Below, piece after piece: positions 46,734 to 54,322 of a stretch of 64,000 bases of DNA; within the stretch, counting starts at the first letter, position 1; each line of letters begins with the position of its first letter. The notes under the pieces were generated by a model, which saw nothing but the letters and a program-made list of their open reading frames with translations, did not search any database and was not told the origin of the DNA. The translations under genes were made by a program, and so were the position numbers. This DNA comes from an uncultured Syntrophaceae bacterium (lineage in GTDB: Bacteria; Desulfobacterota; Syntrophia; Syntrophales; UBA2192), in the NCBI GenBank assembly GCA_964619035.1, contig CAZUBX010000001.1, positions 13,089-77,088 of the forward strand, read 5' to 3'.

Positions 46734-48296
46734 CTAGTCATGGGCCGGCCGGTTCATGCCATATTTATCCCAGCGATATGCAAAGGCCCGGTAGCTCATG
46801 TTCAGGAGACGGGCGGCCCGGGCTCCGACGTTGTTTGCCTTTTCCATCGCCTTTTTGAGCAGATCCCGCTCGAGCTCCTCATGGCTGATCCCTCCATCGG
46901 GAATGCCCTCCTTGAGGATACTCTTGAGAGAATCCCGCTTTGCAGGGTCATCGAGCTCATACTTTTTCCAGCTGTACCAGAAGGCGTCATAGTTCATATC
47001 CAGCAGCCGTGCGGCTTTTGCCAGCACATGGCTGGACTTCGCCATGGCCTTCACGAGAAGCTCCTTTTCCAGCTCCTCGAGGTCGATCCCCTCGTCGGGG
47101 ATCTCGATGCCCATGGCAGGCCTTGGCGCCGTTCTCAGTTCCCCCCGAATGTCACCGAGGCCGATCGTGTCGGACTCACACATCAAAACGGCCTTTTCCA
47201 GGACGGATTGGAGCTCGCGGACATTGCCCGGCCAGTTGTAATGAATGATCGCCTTCATCGCCCCGTCATCGATTTTTACAATATTTTTAGCGACATTGTG
47301 ATTCAACTTCTGCAGAAAGAAGTTTACGAGCTCGGGGAGATCTTCCCTTCGATCCCGGAGCGGGGGCATCTGGATGGTTACAACCTTCAGGCGATAAAAC
47401 AGGTCTTCCCTGAAGTGACCGTTTTTCATCTCTACCTGGAGATCCTTGTTCGTGGCGGAGAGGATCCGGACGTCGACCTTGATGGACTCGCGGCCCCCGA
47501 CACGCATGATCTCACGTTCCTGCAGGACCCTGAGGATCTTGGCCTGGGTCATCATGGGGAGATCGCCGACTTCATCGAGGAAGATCGTGCCGCTGTTCGC
47601 TGCCTCGAAGAGCCCTTTCTTGCGCTGTGTGGCGCCGGTAAAGGCGCCGGGCTCGTAACCGAAGAGCTCGCTCTCGAGAAGCGTCTCCGGAATGGCGGCG
47701 CAGTTGATGGCCATGAAGGCCTTCTCGCGGCGTCCGCTGTTGTAGTGGATGGCCTTGGCGATCAGTTCCTTGCCCGTGCCGCTTTCGCCCAGGATGAGAA
47801 CCGTGGCGGGGCTGTCGGCCACTTTCCGGATGATGTGGATGACGTCCTTGATCGCCCTGGAGTGGCCGATGATCCCCTGGATGCTGAACATATCGTTCAG
47901 GGCCTTGCGCAGTTCGAGGTTGCGCTGCATCAGCTCCTTGCGCTCCGTGGCGCGCCGGATGGCAAGGAGCACGACCTCCTTGTCGAGCGGTTTCGTCAGG
48001 TAGTCGAAGGCGCCTTTCTTCATGGCATCGACTGCCGAGTCGATAGTCCCGAAGGCGGTCATGATCAGCACCGTCGGGGCCTGCTTTAGCCCCTTGAGCT
48101 TTTCGAGGAGATCGATGCCGTCCATCTTTCCCATCTTGAGGTCCGAGAGCACCACGTCCGGCTCGTATGTCCTGGCCAGCTTCAAGGCTTCCTCGCCGGA
48201 AGCGGCCGAGTAGGTCTCATATCCCTCATCGGAAAGGATGGTCTTGAGGATCTCGCGCTGGAGGGGTTCGTCGTCTACGATCAGGATGACCGCCAT
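46734..48296 (-). CDS. Sigma54-dependent response regulator (NtrC family) with two tandem Fis-type HTH domains
   Basis: REC domain (LIVDDE...VVLSDLKM). AAA+ domain with Walker A GESGTGKE, GAFTGA loop and Walker B IFLDEVGD. Two C-terminal copies of IPDxGIxxEELExxLLxKAMxK...AARLLxMxYxAFxYxWxKY. Confidence 0.9.
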   Translation of the reverse strand: MAVILIVDDEPLQREILKTILSDEGYETYSAASGEEALKLARTYEPDVVLSDLKMGKMDGIDLLEKLKGLKQAPTVLIMTAFGTIDSAVDAMKKGAFDYLTKPLDKEVVLLAIRRATERKELMQRNLELRKALNDMFSIQGIIGHSRAIKDVIHIIRKVADSPATVLILGESGTGKELIAKAIHYNSGRREKAFMAINCAAIPETLLESELFGYEPGAFTGATQRKKGLFEAANSGTIFLDEVGDLPMMTQAKILRVLQEREIMRVGGRESIKVDVRILSATNKDLQVEMKNGHFREDLFYRLKVVTIQMPPLRDRREDLPELVNFFLQKLNHNVAKNIVKIDDGAMKAIIHYNWPGNVRELQSVLEKAVLMCESDTIGLGDIRGELRTAPRPAMGIEIPDEGIDLEELEKELLVKAMAKSSHVLAKAARLLDMNYDAFWYSWKKYELDDPAKRDSLKSILKEGIPDGGISHEELERDLLKKAMEKANNVGARAARLLNMSYRAFAYRWDKYGMNRPAHD

Positions 48297-48310
48297 GAAT
48301 TGTCGTCTCC

Positions 48311-49762
48311 TTATACTACCGATGTCCGATCCGTGTCCGTTTCAGAAAGGGGGAGGCTGATCGTCACCTCGCTGCCCTGACCCTCGGCGCTCACGAATTC
48401 GATCTTTCCGCCGTGCTCCTCGATGACCCGCTTCGTCATGGCAAGGCCGAGGCCGAGCCCCTGGCTCTTGGTCGTGAAGAAAGGCTCGAAGATCCGCGTG
48501 AGATTTTCCTTCGACACACCGATTCCCGTGTCGCTCAGGTGAAGGACAAACCAGCCGTTCTGTCTTTCCGTCGCGATCGTCAGCGATCCACCGCCCGGCA
48601 TGGCCTGGAAGGCATTGTTGACCACGTTGAAGAGGCAGCTTTTCATGAGTTCCGCATCCATCCGGAGCTGCGGCAGGGCATCATAGCGCTCAAGGATCTG
48701 GATATGGTCGGATTCCGCCTTTGCCTTCACGATCTCGACGACATCGGCGAGCAACTCCTGCGTCTGAACGGGCTGAAGATCGAGTTTCAGAGGCTTTCCG
48801 TAGTCGAGGAAATCACGGACGAGCCGGTCGAGCCGATGAATCTCCCCTTTCATGCTCTCCACGAGCTTTACAAACCCCTCGGCCTGGGCGCCGTCCAGGG
48901 GACGGTATTTCGTCTTGATGTGATCGATGCTGAGGCTGATGAAGTTCAGCGGGTTACGGATTTCGTGAGCGATCCCCCGTGCGAGCTGCCCCACAGCGGA
49001 GAGGTGCTCCGCTTCCCGGAGCCGCTCCTCTAGACGCCGCTGCTCCCGGAGCTTTTGGACCATGTCGTTGAAGCTCCGGGTCAGATCCCCGATCTCATCT
49101 TTGCGGTCCACCGGCAGGTTCTGGTCGAGATCGCCGGCCGCCACCTTGCGGGCTGCCGCTACGACATTGTGAATGGGCCCTGTATACCACAAGGACAGGA
49201 ACGTCGAGATCACGATGCCGATGGCGAAAACGCACAGGGCCGCTACGATTCGCATGGTCGTGTTCTGCCTCATGGTCTCCTGGAGGCTCTCGACATTGAT
49301 CTGCAGATGGATGTAGCCGTAATGGGCCTGGCCGGCGATGACGGGGATGATGACATTGTAGGCCTTGCCCTCCCGATCTACGGCGGGTTCCCCGAGTTCG
49401 GCCTTGATGATGAGTTCCTTCTTTTTCTGGCTCACCGATGTACCGACCTGGTTGGGGTTCGTACTGGCAATGATCTCGTCGGCGTTGCTGATGATGGAGA
49501 TCTCCTTGATCCCCTTGGTCTTGAGCGAGGTCAGATACTGCTCCAGGCGCGTCTCGCTTGTTGCCCCCCCGGTCACCTCCTCGACGCCCACCTGTACGGC
49601 CTGGGCCAGTTCGGCCGTCTGGCTTTCGATCTGGGCCATCATGTTCTTTTCGGACTTCCAGTAGATGGTGATCAGGGTGACCAGCAGGATTGCGGTCAGG
49701 AAGAGCATCATACTGATGAGCTTCTTGGTGAGGGATAGATTGAGGAAAAAGGTCTTGAACAT
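48311..49762 (-). CDS. Sensor histidine kinase (TM-periplasmic sensor-TM-HAMP-HisKA-HATPase)
   Basis: ATG at 49762. Two TM helices flank a domain of about 150 aa. HAMP domain (AAGDLDQNLPVDRKDEIGDLTRSFNDMV). H-box IAHEIRNPLNF. N, G1 and G2 boxes (NNAFQAM, DTGIGV, GLGLGLA). Confidence 0.85.
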   Translation of the reverse strand: MFKTFFLNLSLTKKLISMMLFLTAILLVTLITIYWKSEKNMMAQIESQTAELAQAVQVGVEEVTGGATSETRLEQYLTSLKTKGIKEISIISNADEIIASTNPNQVGTSVSQKKKELIIKAELGEPAVDREGKAYNVIIPVIAGQAHYGYIHLQINVESLQETMRQNTTMRIVAALCVFAIGIVISTFLSLWYTGPIHNVVAAARKVAAGDLDQNLPVDRKDEIGDLTRSFNDMVQKLREQRRLEERLREAEHLSAVGQLARGIAHEIRNPLNFISLSIDHIKTKYRPLDGAQAEGFVKLVESMKGEIHRLDRLVRDFLDYGKPLKLDLQPVQTQELLADVVEIVKAKAESDHIQILERYDALPQLRMDAELMKSCLFNVVNNAFQAMPGGGSLTIATERQNGWFVLHLSDTGIGVSKENLTRIFEPFFTTKSQGLGLGLAMTKRVIEEHGGKIEFVSAEGQGSEVTISLPLSETDTDRTSVV

Positions 49763-49922
49763 CCTTCTGAATCCGTCATCCTCCTGGTTGATGATCCGGT
49801 CAACGGGTTGGACCCAAGAGTTGGTGCCCCTGCGTCCTGCCGGCCTCACCCTTAGCATCAATGGAGGGCGCGTGTCAACGCCGCAACGCAGGCGCCGGTC
49901 TGACAAGAGGCGGACTCTTCGA

Positions 49923-49951
49923 TTGATTTTTCCCCGGGGGCCTTCTATAAT
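49923..49951 (+). promoter_or_regulatory. Sigma70-type promoter for yihY-cNMP gene
   Basis: TTGATT (49923-49928), 17 nt, TATAAT (49946-49951). Confidence 0.5.
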
Positions 49952-50001
49952 CGGGACCCGCTTCGGTTGATGTTTCCCGCTTCCAGGCAGGAGAAGCCGC
50001 C

Positions 50002-51270
50002 GTGACCCTTCTTTCGACGAGTCCTTTCCAGAGACATCGGGACCGGTGGATCACCCCCATCGTGGTGGTGCGATTCTCCGTCCTGTCCTTCCTTCGAAAC
50101 CGGGATCTTCACACAGCCGCCACGCTGGCCTTCTATGGCGTGTTCGCCCTGATTCCCCTGTGCCTGGCCGTCATGTTTCTTCTCAGCCAGTTCTTCGTTT
50201 CCTCTCAGCGGGTGAGCCGGGCAATCGAGCACCTGATCATCCAGATCGTTCCGCAGTACTACGAGATCATTCTCCGCGAGGTCTTCATCCTGGCGGAAAC
50301 GATAACCTTCGGCTTTATCGGCTTTATTCTGCTGCTCTGGTCCATCGTCCCCCTGGTCAGCACGATCCGGACCGGTTTCATCAACGTCTTCAAGACGGAA
50401 CGCACGGCAGGATTTGTCCGGGAAAAACTCATCGACTTCGGTTCCGTCCTGCTCTTTCTGCTGCTGTTCATCGGGCTCGTGGGGGCCGAGATTCTCTACG
50501 CCACGGCCCTGGGCGACTACCTCGACCAGAAGAGCGGCCTCCCGATCCTGCTGAACGCGGCGGTGCCCCCGCTTGCAGCGGCTCTGTTCCTCGCGATTTT
50601 TTTCCTGGTCTTTTCCCCGGTCCGTCTCGAGGGATGGAATATCCTCGTGAGCGCGATTTTCACCGCCGGACTCTGGTCGGTCGTGCGCCCGCTTTTCGTG
50701 GCGTTTTTGCAGTACAATCCCGACTACGGTCTCACGTTCGGCTCTCTCAAGGCGATCTTCGTCCTGATCGTCTGGGTCTACTATACCTTTGCCGTGATCC
50801 TGTTCGGAACGGAGCTCCTGGCCAATATCCGCCGCAGGGAGGCCCTTTTGCTGTCGCGGTTTTTCGAGGACAGAAAATCCGATGAGGCCCCGTTTCCCGT
50901 GGTTCCTTCCCGCTTCATCCGATCGCACGAACCCGGTGAAGTCATTTTCGAGGAAGACAGCACGGGCCGGGAAATGTTTTACATCCTGTCAGGCTCTGTC
51001 CGCATCCTCAAGAAGGGTCACCTGCTCAGGGAGATGGTTCCCGGAGACTATTTCGGGGAGATGGCCATGCTGATCCAGGCCCCAAGAACGGCGGCGGCCG
51101 TGGCAGCCGCCCCGGACACCCGGCTCGTGGCCATTTCGGAGTCCAATCTCGAAACCATCCTGAGGGAGAATCCAAAGATCGTGGTCTCTTTTCTCAAGGA
51201 GATGTCCGGCCGACTCCGGTCGGTCAATGAAAAGGTTGACGATTGTTCAGAAAGGAAGGAAATCCCATGA
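50002..51270 (+). CDS. YihY/BrkB-family membrane protein fused to cyclic-nucleotide-binding domain
   Basis: YihY pattern AATLAFYGVFALIPL plus six TM helices. C-terminal cNMP-binding fold (EMFYILSGSVRILKKG...GDYFGEMAMLIQAPRTAAAVA). GTG start. Confidence 0.8.
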   Translation: MTLLSTSPFQRHRDRWITPIVVVRFSVLSFLRNRDLHTAATLAFYGVFALIPLCLAVMFLLSQFFVSSQRVSRAIEHLIIQIVPQYYEIILREVFILAETITFGFIGFILLLWSIVPLVSTIRTGFINVFKTERTAGFVREKLIDFGSVLLFLLLFIGLVGAEILYATALGDYLDQKSGLPILLNAAVPPLAAALFLAIFFLVFSPVRLEGWNILVSAIFTAGLWSVVRPLFVAFLQYNPDYGLTFGSLKAIFVLIVWVYYTFAVILFGTELLANIRRREALLLSRFFEDRKSDEAPFPVVPSRFIRSHEPGEVIFEEDSTGREMFYILSGSVRILKKGHLLREMVPGDYFGEMAMLIQAPRTAAAVAAAPDTRLVAISESNLETILRENPKIVVSFLKEMSGRLRSVNEKVDDCSERKEIP

Positions 51271-51599
51271 AAATCGCCATTTCCTCGACGGGGCCCGAGC
51301 TGAGCGACCTCGTGGACCCCCGTTTTGGCCGCTGTCGTTATTACATCTTCTACGACGTCAGCACGGGCTTGCACGCGTCAAAAGAAAATACAGCCGGCAT
51401 GCATTGAATCACCCGCGGAACGGCTACCGGGAATCTCGTGGCCGGTGAAAACGTGGATTGTGTCATCACGGGGCACATCGGGCGGAAAGCGACGGCCTTA
51501 CTCAACGGGGCAGGGGTGAGGATCTTCCTTGGCGCCTCGGGACCGGTGAAGTCCGCCCTCGAGTCCTTCAAGAACGGCAAATTGGAAGAGAAGCTTTGA
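51267..51599 (+). CDS. NifX/NifB-type (Nitro_FeMo-Co fold) small protein interrupted by one in-frame TGA: candidate selenoprotein or pseudogene
   Basis: The ATG at 51267 overlaps the upstream stop (ATGA). Translation: MKIAISSTGPELSDLVDPRFGRCRYYIFYD...AGMH-TGA(51405-51407)-ITRGTATGNLVAGENVDCVITGHIGRKATALLNGAGVRIFLGASGPVKSALESFKNGKLEEKL. Family-typical sequence continues in the same frame on both sides of the TGA. Confidence 0.5.
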
Positions 51600-51610
51600 T
51601 CCCTCTCAAA

Positions 51611-51668
51611 AGAAAAGCCCCATCCATCTGCCGAAACGGCAGTCCCTGGGATGGGGCTCTTGTATTTC
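51611..51668. terminator. Two-tier hairpin between convergent genes
   Basis: Outer stem GCCCCATCC (51617-51625) pairs with GGATGGGGC (51649-57). It encloses CTGCCG-aaa-CGGCAG. Flanked by an A-rich tract on the 5' side and a T-rich tract on the 3' side. Confidence 0.6.
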
Positions 51669-51692
51669 CTGATGCCTGCGGCCTATAGGCCG

Positions 51693-52508
51693 CTAGAAGG
51701 AGTGTTCCGGTCCGGGGAACGTCCCCTTTTTGACCTCGTCGATATACTGCGTGACGGCGTCCTTGATTTGCACATTCAGGTTCGTATACTTCTTGACGAA
51801 CTTCGGCGTAAAGCGCTCGAAGAGCCCCAGCATGTCGTGAACCACGAGGACCTGGCCGTCACAGTGCAACCCGCCGCCGATCCCGATCGTGGACATGGAG
51901 AGAGAAGCCGTGATCTTCTCCGCGAGCTGAGCGGGGACACACTCCAGCACGATGGAGAACGCGCCGGCATCCTCGAGGATCTTGGCATCCTCCAGGAGCT
52001 TCGTGGCCGAGGGATGATCCTTGCCCTGGACCTTGTAACCGCCGAGCTGATGCACGGACTGCGGCGTGAGTCCGATGTGGCCCATGACGGGAATGCCCGC
52101 CTGGGCGATCCTCCGGGTGGCTTCGGCGACCTCGCGGCCGCCTTCGAGCTTCACCCCGTGAGCGCCGGCTTCCTGCATGAAGCGCCCTGCATTGCGGACG
52201 GCCTCCTCTGCGGAAACCTGATAGGACATGAACGGCATGTCGCCGATCACCATGGCCCGGTTCACGGCCCGCGTGACGGCCTTCGTGTGATGGATCATGT
52301 CCTCCATCGTCACGGGCAGGGTGCTGTCGTAGCCCAAAACCACCATCCCCAGCGAATCCCCCACGAGGATGACATCGATCCCGGCCTCGTCCATGACGGC
52401 CGCCGTCGGGTAGTCATAGGCCGTCAGCATGGAGATCTTCTCTCCCTTCTTTTTCATGTCCCGAACCGTCGCCGTGGTGACCCGCGTGATCTTCACCTGT
52501 GTGCTCAT
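51693..52508 (-). CDS. panB: 3-methyl-2-oxobutanoate hydroxymethyltransferase
   Basis: [13 protein letters not shown]...[14 protein letters not shown]...KLEGG are PanB motifs. Confidence 0.9.
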   Translation of the reverse strand: MSTQVKITRVTTATVRDMKKKGEKISMLTAYDYPTAAVMDEAGIDVILVGDSLGMVVLGYDSTLPVTMEDMIHHTKAVTRAVNRAMVIGDMPFMSYQVSAEEAVRNAGRFMQEAGAHGVKLEGGREVAEATRRIAQAGIPVMGHIGLTPQSVHQLGGYKVQGKDHPSATKLLEDAKILEDAGAFSIVLECVPAQLAEKITASLSMSTIGIGGGLHCDGQVLVVHDMLGLFERFTPKFVKKYTNLNVQIKDAVTQYIDEVKKGTFPGPEHSF

Positions 52509-53401
52509 TCTCCCTTGCCTCCCTTCAGTATCGAGCGGATTTCCGCCAGTTGTTCCTCCTTCAAGGTCCCTTGACGGGCAGCCACGTCCACCGTCAAGAG
52601 CCCCATCTCGCGATAGAGCTTCAGCAGTGCGGGAAAGCGCGTCCGGAATCCGCGGACATGCTTTCGGATGGTTCCCCCGTCGCCCCTCGCGATCGGTCCG
52701 GTCAGCGACGCAATCGTGCCCTTGCTTTCGATGTTTCCGATCGTTCCTTTGACCAGGGGCCAGAAGGCCCGGATGGCCTCCTCACGGTTGAGCCCCATCC
52801 GCCCGTAGATCTCCTCCACGAGAACCATGAGCGTCACGAGGTAATTGGAGGCCATGCAGGCCGCCGCATGGTAGAGGGCCTTGTCCTCATCGGGGACGCG
52901 AAAAGGCCTGCCGCCCAGATCTTCGACGATCCGGAAGGCCCAGGGCTCAATCTCCTCATCGGCCGTGATCCCGAAGGTGCTGCCCGGGATCTTCCCTATG
53001 GCGCTCTCCACATCGGCGAACGTCTGAAGAGGGTGGATGCAGGCGGTCAGGGCCCCTCGAAACCTTGCCGCCCGGAGCAGATCGAGTCCCCCGGCCCCGC
53101 TTGTGTGAATTACCTTGTCTCCCTTTCCGAACCCGCCTCCTTCCGCGACGGTCTCGCAGGCAGCTGAAATCGCGTCGTCATTGGTTGTGATCAGTATGCA
53201 GTTGGCTCCGCGTGCCGCACGTACCAGCTCCGTCGTTGGCTCGCCCCCCGTGTAGGCGACGGCCCGCTGCGCCTCTTCCAGGATAAGGTCAGCGACGAAC
53301 ACGATGTCATGGCCGGCGCGTTTCAGCAGACAGCCCACGGCCGTCCCGACTTTGCCAGACCCGATAATGGCAATGCGCTCCTTTTCCGACATATTGATCA
53401 T
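52505..53401 (-). CDS. Rossmann-fold oxidoreductase with DUF2520 C-domain (possible ketopantoate reductase)
   Basis: [17 protein letters not shown](P) fold. C-terminal [17 protein letters not shown] is typical of DUF2520. 4-nt overlap with panB. Confidence 0.7.
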   Translation of the reverse strand: MINMSEKERIAIIGSGKVGTAVGCLLKRAGHDIVFVADLILEEAQRAVAYTGGEPTTELVRAARGANCILITTNDDAISAACETVAEGGGFGKGDKVIHTSGAGGLDLLRAARFRGALTACIHPLQTFADVESAIGKIPGSTFGITADEEIEPWAFRIVEDLGGRPFRVPDEDKALYHAAACMASNYLVTLMVLVEEIYGRMGLNREEAIRAFWPLVKGTIGNIESKGTIASLTGPIARGDGGTIRKHVRGFRTRFPALLKLYREMGLLTVDVAARQGTLKEEQLAEIRSILKGGKGE

Positions 53402-53607
53402 CGGTACCCCCAAACGAACAAAGCCTTCCCGGCTGCGCAGGGAAGGCTTGTACACGTCTCATCCGTAGTTGATGGCTGTCCGTCCCCGTCCCAGTCCTGC
53501 AAATGGATCCAAGCGGTTGAGCCCTGTTAGCACGGCCGTGGCCTGCTGTCAAGCACCGCTTCCGACGGGATGGAGGACATCTGCCCATGACCTGCAGTCT
53601 AAATTGC

Positions 53608-53636
53608 TTGTCAACGGGGTCATGATTTCCTATAGT
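53608..53636 (+). promoter_or_regulatory. Sigma70-type promoter
   Basis: TTGTCA (53608-53613), 17 nt, TATAGT (53631-53636). Confidence 0.45.
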
Positions 53637-53664
53637 GATCTCAATTCAAATCAAGGAACCCGAA

Positions 53665-54309
53665 ATGATCCCTGTGAAACTGATGGTCTTCGATCTCGAC
53701 GGCACACTGGCCGATACGGGGGCCGACCTGGCCGGTTCCGTGAATCGAACCCTCCAGTCCCTGGGAATCCCGACACGCCCCGATCCGGAGATTCTTGGAT
53801 TTGTCGGGGATGGCGTCCGCAAGCTCATGGAACGGTCTCTGGGGGATGCGTACGGGGAGCGCCTCGAGGAGGCGCTGAAGCGATTCGAAGGAATCTATGC
53901 CGAACACCTTCTCGATCAAACAACCCTTTACCCCGGAGTGCTGGATGTCCTTCGCCACTTCGGAGTAAAGGAGAAGGTACTCATAACGAACAAGACCCGG
54001 GATTTCACCCTGACCATCTGCAGCGGGTTGGGGATTGCCGGATTTTTCAAAGATATCATCGCCGGCGATTCCCATGAGTTCATGAAACCGGACCCCCGGC
54101 TGCTGCTGCCGCTTTTAGAGAAATTCGGGGCCGGACCCGCAGAAACCCTTGTCATTGGCGACGGAGTGAACGACATCCTGCTTGCCCGAAACACGGGCGC
54201 CCGGAGCTGTGCATTCCTGAACGGTCTCGGAAACCGCGAAAAGCTGCTGCGCCTGGGTCCGGATTTCATCATCGAAAAAATGATCGATCTCAAAGAAATC
54301 GCCTGTTAG
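53665..54309 (+). CDS. HAD phosphatase (phosphoglycolate phosphatase-like)
   Basis: LMVFDLDGTLADT, LITNK and VIGDGVNDI motifs. Confidence 0.8.
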   Translation: MIPVKLMVFDLDGTLADTGADLAGSVNRTLQSLGIPTRPDPEILGFVGDGVRKLMERSLGDAYGERLEEALKRFEGIYAEHLLDQTTLYPGVLDVLRHFGVKEKVLITNKTRDFTLTICSGLGIAGFFKDIIAGDSHEFMKPDPRLLLPLLEKFGAGPAETLVIGDGVNDILLARNTGARSCAFLNGLGNREKLLRLGPDFIIEKMIDLKEIAC

Positions 54310-54322
54310 CCGCAACAGAGCC

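Noticed and set aside
51227-51519. Track ORFs 51227-51448 and 51325-51519 covering the NifX-like locus.
   Set aside because: Both are in other frames with Arg/Ser-rich nonsense translations. The family-like sequence lies in the frame of the ATG at 51267, which is interrupted only by the TGA.
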